Source: Balamuthia mandrillaris (Eukaryota). Taken from it: a stretch of DNA of 64,000 nt. The translations under genes and the position numbers were made by a program. The stretch lies in assembly GCA_031835245.2 (NCBI GenBank), contig JAVKOQ020000014.1:1-64000 (forward strand), written 5' to 3'. The notes under the pieces were generated by a model. That model was not told the DNA's origin. It ran no database searches and worked only from the letters and a program-made list of their open reading frames with translations. Of the stretch, positions 12,114-25,687 are shown in pieces. Every line of letters begins with the position of its first letter. The stretch's first letter is position 1.

Positions 12114-12660
12114 CTCTCTCTCTCTTTCTTTCTCTTTCTCTCTCTCTCTCTCTCTTTCTTTCTCTTTTTCTCTCTCTTATTCTTCTATTACACTTTCTTT
12201 AGTTTCATGAAACAAACAAATTTACCAACCAAAGATCAACAAATACAATTTTATCACTCCTTGTGGCTTGAATATTGTACTGTTTGGGTAGAAAATCATC
12301 TAGATGAGTTTGATAAGGATGTGCTAGTTGAAGCTGCAGCAACTTATGAGGCCAAAAACAAATCTCCTCTTCATTGGCCCAAACACTTGCCTACCCAACA
12401 CCAAACCAACAATGATTGCTACGATGAATGGTCTTAGTTGCAGATTGCCAAACACTTGCCTACCCAACGCCAAACCAACAATGATTGCCATGACAAATGG
12501 CGCAATCTCCTTACTGCTTTGAAAGACAAATACTTGGTGGCCCATGATGAGGACTTTGACAAACTGGATGATGACAATGCTTCCTCCCCATCATCTCCTA
12601 CTTCTACTACCACTATAATCATATTCATCTTGGATGAAGAGGAAGAGACAGAGGAAGTCA
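11705..12660 (+). pseudogene. Decayed partial copy of the YR-Myb gene 3' end (exon 2, intron, exon 3 with an internal deletion and a duplicated Myb segment)
   Basis: Colinear with ~9120-10520 (e.g. 12207-12380 matches 9714-9887 with 12 substitutions). Intron sequence is retained, with stops and indels. Confidence 0.9.
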
Positions 12661-12769
12661 GTCACTTACTTCAGAGATAAGGGTTGATCCCTTTATTTTA
12701 TCTTATCTATTAATAATAAACGTCCTTATATTATTTAAAAAAGCATAACATAACAAAGCACAAAGACTA

Positions 12770-13660
12770 TTAATTAACTTCTTTACAAGAATTCTCAAGC
12801 ATTTCATCTGAAGAAGTTAAAGTTTGTTCATTCAAACAGATATCAATAGTAGCATTTTCTTCATCTTTCACTTTTTGTCTCAGCATCTTTCTCAACAAGT
12901 CAAATCTTTTAATCAACAAGAACTTGAAAAACATGGTTAATAACAAAATAAAAATGAAACAAAAAATACAAACTTGAACTATCAAAACAGGACCAAAGCC
13001 AATAGTGGAAACTATAATACCAACTGCCAGAAAACCAAACATCTTGCTCCAATGTTGTGATTCTTTGTGTTTCTCTTTAGAGTCATTATCAATATTATCA
13101 TCATTATCATTGTGATAGAAAAGAATGAAATTGCTTGTGACAAAGGTTATTGTTCCAATCATAATAACTGCTACCACTACAGTTACAAGCATCCATACTC
13201 CCAATAGTATCTCTCCCTTTGTAGTACAAAAACACAGGGTTAGTTGTGTTTCATTTTTGCTTTGGTTTAATTGAATTCAGTAAGGGAAGATCGTTTGGTT
13301 TTTTTAGTAAACAATTAACATACCACTAGTACAGCAGTAAAAGAGCAGCTGGCAAGTGCATGCAGCATAAACAATTGGAACAATAAAGTGCAAGTGGCCA
13401 TCAAGCATAAAACGCTGAAGTAAAAACTTAGGCCTTTTATCAAAAGGTAGCTGGCAACAATGAGACCCAACAAGTTAAGTGACTGTTGAGAATCAGAACA
13501 CAAAAAAGTGAGAAGAATCAAAGATAATAAACATAAGAAAACTTACAATATAGACAAAGAGAAGCTTTTTGGCACCCCAGACTTGTTGCTGGAAGTCCTC
13601 TTTAACTGGTTGAGCTTGGTTGAGCAACATTCTCGGCTGTACCTAGTTGCAAAGAGTTTA
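12770..13660 (-). CDS. Putative multi-exon membrane protein, possibly decayed
   Basis: Hydrophobic ORF segments at 12770-13204 and 13315-13521 are separated by an intron-like stretch. CpG-poor; no family recognised. Confidence 0.35.
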
Positions 13661-14490
13661 TTTCGTATACAGCTGAGCCAGATAAACTTGCGGCTGAAAA
13701 CAGAATCGATAAAAGAGGTGTTTGTGGTTCGTGTGAGGAAAAAGCAAAAAAGGGTGAATTCACGCCTTTTTGTGTTGCAGGGAACTTCGCGTCTCTCAAA
13801 AATGACCACGAGGCAGAACCTGACGAAACGGGACAATCCAGGGCAATAGGATAATAATAAATCCCTAACCAAACAGCTTTTTAGACTATTTGAACCCGGC
13901 CCGCAGAGATCAAGACAAAACCAAGATAACATGTCACACTTATCCCCTCTGTCTCTGAGGGATATGTTCATGGCTTCGCAATACGCTGTCTCTAACTTTT
14001 GAAACTGAAACTTGGGAAACCAATGATTCCCAACTTTAAGTTGTCGATGAACAAAAAGAAGAGATCACGGAGGCTTGTTGCAAGATAGGTCGCAATTAGA
14101 TAAGGTCCGAAGGGCAATATCAGCAATGGTGTCCACCTCACGGATACCCAGCCAGGGGTTTGAAAAGTTCCCACGCACCACCACTGGATCCTACCACAGA
14201 TGATCTTGCTTCTGGCCCCCTGATGAGAAACTGCCCATGGCGTCTCTACACCCTGGGGGAGTCGCATTTTGCGGGTCATCCATAGACTTGGTCCCACCAG
14301 AGGTCTCCCCTCTGGTAGCGGAGTGACAGATAGTGGCCGAGGAGGAAAACCCAGCAAATGTTCCGTTCTTCAAACGCGTGCGTAATACTAATTAATATCT
14401 CATTTATAATCCTTCTTGCCTCGAGGATGAGAGAACGTGAACCAGCGTTAGTCCGCTCAACGCCCTCTATCCTTATTGTTGCAAACAACA

Positions 14491-17018
<2,528 letters not shown>

Positions 17019-17490
17019 ACACCACCAGCCGCTTGTTTTTTTTTTTTTTTTTCGCTCAAAGGACCTACGAAGAGTTAGGAGCATGCTGGCATGATGCTCT
17101 GCCGATTTATTGGTGGTGTTTGGATAATTATCCGATAATGTATGCTTTATAAAAAGTTTTTTGAAAAAATTATTTTATTTTGGAACGAAATGACAAAAAA
17201 CAATCCACGTGAGCACGCACACGAGGCTAAACCAAAGGAGCAATTATAGTGTTGGGTGGTACCACAGTACCAACAATACAATCTGTTGAACGAAGAGGAA
17301 AGCTTAAACAACAGCAACTGGCGATATGGAAGTTGGAGCGCAAGCTTGGTGAAGCAACGTTGCCATCCGCTTTCCCATTCGTGTTTTGTTCAACTCTCTT
17401 GATAGTAATATAGTAATAAGGAAGGAGGAGGAGGAGGTGGAAACAAAAAGAAAAGGACAAGAAAGGAGAAAGACTACCAAACACGTGAAA

Positions 17491-19077
17491 ATGTGGTTGG
17501 GTGTTGAGGCTCCTAACAGCGCTGGAGGGGATGAAAACGAGACGACGGTGTGGCTCGCTCCCGAGTTGATGGAACAGATAATGATGGAGGTGGCACAGGA
17601 AGCCCGTTCTCTGGCGAGTGCAAGAGCCGTCTGCCGCGAATGGCAGCTCTTCATCGACGAGCGAGACACCCTTTTGTGGCGCCGTTGCGCTCTTGACCTC
17701 CTTGAGGCTTCCTTTTGCCAGTTCTTGGAGCCTTTGGTCGGACCTTCTTCTTCTTCTTCTTCGTTGTACAACAGTTGGAGAGAGGCCTGTGCAGCGGAAG
17801 TCGCTTGTCCTAGCCTCTCTGACTTTGAGCTATTAAGGGTGATCAACAGATTTGATGGCGGCAAGAACATGGCAGTGCGGCGAAAAACAGACGCGGAGAA
17901 GAAGAAGAGGAGGAAAGCAAAAGGCAAACAGGACGCAGAGTTGATACTTCTGAAGGTGAGCCGGTTCTCGACAGTGGAAGGCATGCGCGGCTACAAGCGC
18001 AACATCGCGAAACTGCATGCGTTGCAATCGCCTCGTTTCCTTCGTGTGGTGCACCCTTGGCTCAAGAATGAGTACTTTTTGTTTCTTTGCTTATGTTCCT
18101 TTGTTGTCCTTTCTTTGGGGCTATCTCAAGTTTTCTCCACTTCTTTTGTGTTATATCTCTGTTATTTTACCAGCTTTGCTCATAACAGAACAGGTTTTGT
18201 GGATCTCAAGCACAAAAAGACGTTCACCGTGTTGGAGCTTGCGGGTGGCGGAGAGCTCTTCTTTCATCTCCAAAGGAATCGTTGGTTCTCTGTGCAACAA
18301 ACCAGCTTCTTCGTGGCTCAACTGATGTTGGCAATAGAGTGTCTGCAAGAGGCAGGCCTCCCTTTTCCATCCTTCCAACCAGAATATATTCTGTTGGACG
18401 GCGATGGCTATCTCAAGTTGGATTGTTACTGGGCATTGCTTCATGAGGATCCCGAGCGCACCAAGACGTGCACTACCAGTCAAGTGGAGTACACTGCGCC
18501 TGAAGCATTTGGAGAAAAAAAGGCCTGCTTGGAGGAATGCCTGTGGGCGCTGGGTTGCCTTACCTACGAGATGCTTCATGGTCTCCCTCCTTTCTACGAT
18601 GAGAACCAGGCCCACATGATTGCTGCCATTCAAAACACAGCCGTCCGTTGGTCGTCTTCCTTTGCTGCGGTGCGTTACCACATCTTTGTAACAAGAGCGA
18701 GAGCAGGAGAGAGCATACACACTCTCATCTTACGGTGCCAACAGCCAAAGGTACCAGCATCATGTCGTCAGTTTGTAGAAACGCTGCTGGAGAAAGATCC
18801 TCAAAAGAGGAGGACAGCGTTGAATAACTTTAGGAATCATGCTTTCTTCAAGGAGCACGGCTTTGCCGACGAGGCAGCTTGGCGACAGTTGGAGGAGAAC
18901 GCGATGGAGGCACCCTACAAGCCTCCCCCTCAACCATCACCAGACGACTTCATTTGCGATGGACCATTCGTGACAGAACGGGTTGATGATGACTATTCCA
19001 CATTCGATAATTTTAGGTTTGATGCCAGTGCGTTTGAGGGCTTCACCTACTGTCCACCACAACAACATGGAGAATGA
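17491..19077 (+). CDS. F-box-like domain fused to a degenerate AGC-family (Akt/SGK-like) kinase domain
   Basis: F-box-like LAPELMEQIM..ARAVCREWQ..LLWRRC. Kinase elements ELAGGGELFFHLQ, EYTAPE, LWALGCLTYEMLHGLPPFY and C-terminal hydrophobic motif FEGFTY. Probable short in-frame introns. Confidence 0.85.
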   Translation: MWLGVEAPNSAGGDENETTVWLAPELMEQIMMEVAQEARSLASARAVCREWQLFIDERDTLLWRRCALDLLEASFCQFLEPLVGPSSSSSSLYNSWREACAAEVACPSLSDFELLRVINRFDGGKNMAVRRKTDAEKKKRRKAKGKQDAELILLKVSRFSTVEGMRGYKRNIAKLHALQSPRFLRVVHPWLKNEYFLFLCLCSFVVLSLGLSQVFSTSFVLYLCYFTSFAHNRTGFVDLKHKKTFTVLELAGGGELFFHLQRNRWFSVQQTSFFVAQLMLAIECLQEAGLPFPSFQPEYILLDGDGYLKLDCYWALLHEDPERTKTCTTSQVEYTAPEAFGEKKACLEECLWALGCLTYEMLHGLPPFYDENQAHMIAAIQNTAVRWSSSFAAVRYHIFVTRARAGESIHTLILRCQQPKVPASCRQFVETLLEKDPQKRRTALNNFRNHAFFKEHGFADEAAWRQLEENAMEAPYKPPPQPSPDDFICDGPFVTERVDDDYSTFDNFRFDASAFEGFTYCPPQQHGE

Positions 19078-19111
19078 GTTATGTAGTTTATTCTTATTGT
19101 ACTATTAATAC

Positions 19112-22100
19112 TCACGAAGAGCATGCGTGCCCATAAATATTCAACTTCCAACGATTCAATAGACCTTTTTTTTGAAGCAAAAATGAGTTCACTGTTAGTT
19201 CCATTCATATAAGTGCATAAACGAGATAAATGTTTTACCTTGAACGGCAACACGTGAAGTGTCCACCACGTTGAGAGTCCATGTTCCCTTTGAAGTTTCG
19301 CCCCAATGTCTCACCTAACATTCGTTCGAGTCCAGATTTCATGAATAAAGTTTTCTCCCAGAGAGAGAGAGAGACAGAGAGACAGAGAGAGAGCATACAC
19401 TTCCAAATGGCCAATCATAAAAGTTATCGCCATTATCAGGATGAGAATCAGCCAAAATACTTTCGAGGCCTGATGGAGCGAAGAGCGTGACGCGAAGAGT
19501 TCCGCGGGATGGATGAACAGCTCTAAAAATAACTTCCACGTGCTGTGGTTGACGTAAGAGAAAGTTAGAAAAATCAACCCTTGTAATGATAGGTGCTCGC
19601 TGCGTACTTCTATACAAAAGTCTTCATCGATGGGTATTGTAGTATTGATTCCATCGTTATTTTGAAAAGGGATAAGCTAATGTGAAAGGGGTAAGAACAT
19701 TTGCACTTTCAAAAACTAAGAGAAGACTACACAAAATGTACCAAAGAAGGTAAAGCTCTATATTCTCCTGTGACTACTTTTTGTGGAGACGGAAGGTTCT
19801 TACGAGCAGGATCAGTAGCTAATTTTACTGCTCCTGATGTGTCTACACGACCGAATCCATACTGAATGGTATTGCAGTGTATGTAAGAAAAAAAATGAAA
19901 AAGGAATTTAACGAAGAGAAGTTAAGAGGAGATGAGAAAAAGAACAGAAACTGAAGAAGAAGGAGAAGGAGAAGAATAAGTAGAGAGAGTTCAAATGTAA
20001 TTGAGAGATACAATACTTGATGGTTGACAGGTAATCCAGCACCATTTAACTTCCAACCTGCATCAGTTGGATCTGTCTTTATAGCTGACCGAATGAGAAC
20101 ATCTTGTACGTCCTTTTTTAAATCACCGCTATGAGAAATAACGAACCAAACAAGAGAGAAAGATTCTAACCCTCCAACCAAGGTTGGGATTGGCTTGCAA
20201 AATAACGGCCACAACGCCAGAAAGCAAAGGAGCAGCTGCGCTAGTTCCTCCAAATCCGCTTCTGCACTCAGAAAGTTAGGCTTCTCCGCGTTCTAGCTAC
20301 CTTCTCTCATTCCAGAGAAGACCAAGACAGAAGACAGAAGCAAGCAGAAAAAAAAGTAGAAGACAGAAGACGGACCTGCAATTTTCATGAACAGCAGTTG
20401 TGGTTAAACCAGGGGGACTGGAAGGAGCGCTGATTAGCACAGCAGACCCTTTCTCGCTGTAACTGGGTCTGGTACCCTGATCAGTCAAAGCAGCAACCGC
20501 AATAGTAAACCTGCTATTAGCATAACCGTCATAGTTGATATTATCATAATATCCAGCTCCATTTCCAGCTGCCCAAACGTAGATGCTGCCCAATCCGTTC
20601 CTTCCTTCGTTAATTGCCCGTTCCATCGTGGCACGAGTTAAAGGGCCTGGTCCTTCCAAACGTTTTCCATCGTCGTTCGGCCCCCATGACGATGAGTAGA
20701 TATAGTTGACGTCGGTTCGGTAGCCTAATGCGGCGGCTTCCAAGTCGTCCGTTATTTGAGCGGAGATTAGGCGTTGAGCACTGAACGAGGCGTTGAAAGC
20801 GGCTCCTATTCCGCACTTGCCTAGTGCCAATAAACACGGAGGGAGGGAGAGGGTGAGGGGAGAGAACGACTTGTAGAACCAAAAAAGATAGAAGAGAGCG
20901 CTACAAACCATTATTCCTACCAGCAAAGGAAAGCCCACCACAAGCTTATGGCGCGTTAGTAATTAGATGTCAATAGAAAAGTAGAGAGGAGAGAGGAGAG
21001 AGGAGAGAGGAGAGAGGAGAGAGCAGAGAGCAGAGAGAGAGGAGAGAGAGGAGAGAGCAGAGAGCAGAGAGCAGAGAGCAGAGAGCAGAGAGCAGAGAGC
21101 AGAGAGAGCAGAGAGCAGAGAGCAGAGCAGAGAGCAGAGAGCAGAGAGCAGAGAGCAGAGAGCAGAGAGCAGAGAGCAGAGAGCAGAGAGCAGAGAGCAG
21201 AGAGCAGAGAGCAGAGCGCGGAGACAGGACTTACAAGTGCCGTGAGTGTCTTCACGAAGAGCAGGAGAAGGATCATCATCGCTGTCATTCCAATCATAAC
21301 TGGCTTCGCTGATATACCTTCGTGGATTTTCGTCTCTTTCTTGACCTGCCTCTAAAAAGTCTGGATGGGTCCATTCCAAACCTTTGTTGTTTTGTTAAAA
21401 TATATGTGAAAAAAAGAACCTTTAACAATAATACGAAACAAAGAAACAAAACAAAACAAAACAAAAAAAAACATTAGAGAAAAAAATGTACTATGTAAGA
21501 GAACTAACCATCATCAACAATAGAAACGGTAATACCAGTGCCGGTGTAACCCGCGTCCCAAGCCTCCTCTATGTTTATATCAAAAAGATTGTCTGGTTGA
21601 TTGTTCGTTAGCGGCCTATATAAACTACAAAAACATAGACACAACAAACAACAATAAACCAGGAAGAAAGTACATACCATGCGTTGTTTTCAAATGCCAC
21701 TTTTTTGGAGGAAGAGAACAAACAAAGCACAAAGAGGGGAAGAGGGAATGAATGTTAAAACACGTTTGCCATTAGCATATGAAAGGTGTCAACGCACTTG
21801 TAGGTTAAATTGTGGGTCGGTGGTGTCTGCCACTATTCCACGTTTGTGTTGAGTGCGATACACCTGTCTTTGCATCCACTTGACTTCAGGATGAGAGGAT
21901 ATTGTCCTCTCCGTCTATTGTGAAGCGGTAGTGAAGAGGAGCGCCATATAAAATACGCATAAGTGTGGGGCAAAGAAAAGACAAGAAAAGAAAAGACCGA
22001 GAAAGAAGGGGAAGAGGAGCGAACATATTCTCTGGTTCTAGCATTCTTGTGGGAGGGGTTGTGCAGGAAGACATGGTAATCGGATAAAAGGTCGTTTACT

Positions 22101-22528
22101 GGCCCCACATAAGTCAACTTGGGAGTTTTAGATTTACGTTAGTCTAACCAAGAACAGAAGTAAGAAAGAGAAAGAGTTAAGAGGCGGAGAGCGGCAGAGA
22201 GCAAAAATAAGAGAGTGAAGAGCGAAGAGAGAACTAGAAGAGGTAAGAACAGAGGGAGAGCAGAGAGCGGAGAGAGACGAAGAATTTACGCCATGAGCCT
22301 CTGCGAAGCTTTCCGGAGAAGTGTTTGGACCCAGTCGCGCCACCCACCGACCGCTGTGTGCTTCTGTTGGGGAGTGAGTCGAAAAGGAGGACATTAATAC
22401 AATCTTTAATAAGAGGACAAGACAGATCAAATGGAAGAATAACCTGTTTCTTCATCAGCGGCAGCAACGGAGATCACGCTGCCGACAAAGAACGCAACGA
22501 CAAGGCAAACGTACAGCGGCTGCTTCAT
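19112..22528 (-). CDS. Kexin/furin-like subtilisin (S8B) proprotein convertase with P-domain; many exons
   Basis: Signal peptide MKQPLYVCLVVAFF; catalytic motifs VSIVDDG, DTHGT, SSSWGPNDDGK, WAAGNG, GGTSAAAP; P-domain RGTLRVTLFAPSG and HWGENFKGTWTL. Confidence 0.92.
20985..21215 (-). repeat. (CTCTGCT)n / (CTCTCCT)n heptamer array in an intron
   Basis: Tandem AGAGCAG/AGAGGAG on the + strand. The same unit recurs at 37885-38020 and ~50282-50305. Confidence 0.9.
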
Positions 22529-23077
22529 GCTCTCTTCTGCTACTTCTTTGCGCTGGGTTCGTTTTTTTTTGTTTCTTGTCTCTTCTTTCTCTGTTTTCTT
22601 TTTTGATTTTTTGAACTTTCTATCTGATGAAAAGAAATGGCAAGGGAGAAAGGGCAGCAAAAAAAAGTCCTTGCGCTTTCCTGCTAATTTTGGGGGAGAA
22701 AGGTCAATGTCGACAAGGACCACTGCCAAACCAACCCATTGCGCATTGGTCATGTGACAAATTAATTAAGTATTTTACGTCGACATTTGATGCTGTCGAC
22801 ACTTTCACGTGTGACACGTCATCTTGTGTCGGCAATAAAATAGCATTTTCGATTAATTCTCTAATATTCAAAGCTTAATTTTCATTGGAAAGTGATCAGA
22901 ATGATCTATTTTTTTTAAGAATTTGGATTGGCACTTTGATAAAGCAATCTTTTTGCCGATTTTTCCAACGACGAAACTTAAAAAATAAAATAAAAGAAAG
23001 GAAAAGGAAAGGAGGGTGGCTTTCGCTCGATAGTGCCTACTGTTGTTTGCTTATCCAGAAAAAAAGAACAGCACAGG

Positions 23078-24726
23078 ATGATAACAGCAGCGGGAACCGA
23101 GGCCTCCTCGTTCTCTTCGCTCACTCGCGCCAAGGTTTGTCGCTACTCCTCCCCTGAGGATAGGAAACGATCCCATCCGTTAATTTTGAGGAACGTTGTT
23201 TGACATACTTACACTCTTTTTTTTTGCCTCCCTCCCCTCCACTCTCTTGTCTTGACAGCTGCTGGAACTTGAATGTAGGATGAAAGATCCAGAGCGTGGT
23301 CTTAAAATAGCGGATCGGTGGTTCCGTCTTCGTAAGCATAGTAACTGCTTTATAGGTTCTCCTATCACATCTTTCACGCTTCTTTCTTCTTTCTTCCTTC
23401 ACTGCTTCTCACCACCACCATAAAAACAAAGCATCTGAAGCTGTCGATTGGCTGACCTCCAACTTTGACTCCCTCGGTCTCTCCACAAACCTTAATAATA
23501 ACAACAACAACAGAGAGACAGCCGTCAAACTCTTTCGTTTCTTGCAGGAAGGGAACGTCATATACAACGTGCTGGAAAAAGAGGAGCCCTTCGACGACCG
23601 GCCGCAGCTCCACTTTCGTTTCACCTCGCCGACGGAAGAGAAGGGCTCTCCTCTCAACTTCCGCAAGGTCTACACCTTTGACAGCGTGCAACATCCCTCT
23701 GACCTTTCGGTCTTGTTGCTGTACACGGTTCTTTCCTTGGTGGAAAACAAGAACGAAGAAAAGGAAGACAAAAAAGCGGAGAACGGAGGAGAGAAAGAGA
23801 AAGAAAAGAATGAAGCAGAGGAGGAGAAGAGACGGAAAAGAAGGATAGAGGCTAACCGGATTCATTTTGTAGAGGAATGTAAGCGGATAAAGAACTCGGA
23901 GAAGTTTACGGATTTTTTGCTTACCAGCAGCGAGCTACATCGGGTTTGCTCTCCCTGCTTCTCTTCTCGCTCCTCTTCTCGCTTCTCTCATTTTTTTCCC
24001 AATGTTCTTTCTTCTCGTGGTTATTTTTGTCGTTTGCCACTTATTGGACATGTTATCAAGGTTTCATTGGATGAGCTAAAAAGCGATGCAGAGAAACTAG
24101 CGTTCTGGATAAACATCTACAACACTTTGGTAATGCATTCATGTATAGTGAACGGACCACCGCAAGGTCCCGTACAGCGAAAAGCATTCTTCACCAAGAG
24201 TTGTTACAACGTCGCCTCGTATGTATTCACGTTGGATGACATTGAGCATAGTATACTTCGAGGTATTCGCCTCTTCATTCATTACCGCTTCTTGTATGTT
24301 TTGTTTTAACACTTCCTTTTTTATCTTTGTTTTAACTTCTAGGAGCAAGCGAAAAGCGAGCGTCTAAACTCTTCAAAGAGAACGATCCGCGAAAAGCTTT
24401 CACAGTACGCATCCTTTCTTTTTTTTTTTTTTTGTTTTAGTTCTTCTTTATCTACAACAATACAAAAAGCTACAAACATTAGAACCTCGCCTTCACTTCT
24501 TGTTAAGCTGTTGCACAGTTGGCTCTCCCCCGATAGCTGCATTGGACCAGTTCGGCGTGGAAGAACACCTCCACAGAGCCACTTACTCTTTTCTATCTGA
24601 TCACGTAAAATTGGAGTTGTCTAAGACGTTGGTAAAACCATCTTAACTGTTTGCTTTGTTATTTTTTCCTCCGGTTTCTTCAGTGTCTCTTTCTTTTTTT
24701 TTTCTATCTTTCTCGTGTTTCTTGTT

Positions 24727-24768
<42 letters not shown>

Positions 24769-25343
24769 ACAATACAAAACCCAAACAGATAGTATTACCA
24801 AAAGTATTCGACTGGTACCAAAACGACTTCGGTGGAACCAACTTTGACGTTATCAAATGGGCTTTTCAGTATCTGACTAGGCAACAAAAACGAACGCTCA
24901 ACTCCATGTCCGAAATGGGTTACGTATCCATCAAGTATCTCAACTATGACTGGACTCCTTCTTTTCCTCAAAGTTTGACGATACCAGAAGAAACACATAC
25001 CAACAAAAACAAAGAAGAGGGAGCAGAAGTAGAAGAAAGCAGACAACCAGAAGAAGAAGAGAATGTGGAACAAATACCAGCGAGTGCAACTCCGGAGCTG
25101 ATGTTACGGCGACAACCAACGTTTCCTTCTTCGGAAGGAAAGACTAACAGTAGCGAACTGACCTCTGCCGAAACCGAAGAATATGAAGAATATGAAGAAC
25201 TGGACGAAGAAGATTTTGCAGAGGAATATGAAGAGGAAGTAGAAGTTGCAAACGGATATTTATTGGGACAACCAGAAATCGATTCTGATGGCGTTGGCGT
25301 TGGGGAAGATGATCAAGTATTAAGCATCTTTCGAAAGTTTTGA
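23078..25343 (+). CDS. DEP domain + DUF547 domain protein with acidic tail; multi-exon
   Basis: DEP-like GLKIADRWFRLRKHSNCF..SEAVDWL..FLQEGNVIYNV; DUF547 motifs EKLAFWINIYN, TLDDIEHSILRG, EPRLHF, LPKVFDWYQNDFG. Confidence 0.8.
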
Positions 25344-25687
25344 CCTGCACCAAAATAGAATTGTTCAGAAAAGATCAGAACTGTTTTCCCTCTCGCTCGC
25401 AGAATGTGCACCATCTACGCTTGGACTACCATCTTCTTCTTCATCGCAGGTCCCTTCCCGGTTTCTGTTCAACATCTCAGGAAGCGCTTCAAAGCCAGAA
25501 CAAGGTATCCAGCGTAAAGAATAAGCCAGAGTGCTGCAGTCAATTACGTCACACAGAAGAACTCTTGCTCGCGCAGTCCACTTTGATGCTCTTACCTTGG
25601 TCATCAGGAGTTTTAAGAAGAACAGGTTAATGCAATATCTTATGGCAACGCACAGAGTTATTGTGTATTTTTTTCATCGTATTTGAG

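Larger units (their letters stand above)
1..12700 (+). mobile_element. Candidate tyrosine-recombinase mobile element or nest of element copies (boundaries unresolved; left end probably outside the window)
   Basis: Contains a YR gene, a decayed second copy of it, an orphan gene with the same intron microsatellite types, CpG-poor AT-rich spacers and a palindromic site. No housekeeping genes. No reverse transcriptase/RNase H or capsid motif was recognised. Confidence 0.45.

Noticed and set aside
14220..14232. CTGATGA-GAAAC resembling a hammerhead ribozyme core or a box C motif
   Set aside because: There is no stem II between CUGAUGA and GAAA and no convincing flanking helices or paired D box. 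An Infernal/Rfam scan of 13980-14400 would be needed.
13980..14400. GC-balanced unexplained stretch checked as RNase MRP/P, SRP or U3 RNA
   Set aside because: Only partial motif resemblance (GAAAAGTTCCC; AGGTCCGAAGG); the partner conserved regions were not found.
20985..21215. Regular tandem arrays considered as CRISPR-like
   Set aside because: They are simple heptamer repeats with no unique spacers, in a eukaryotic intron.
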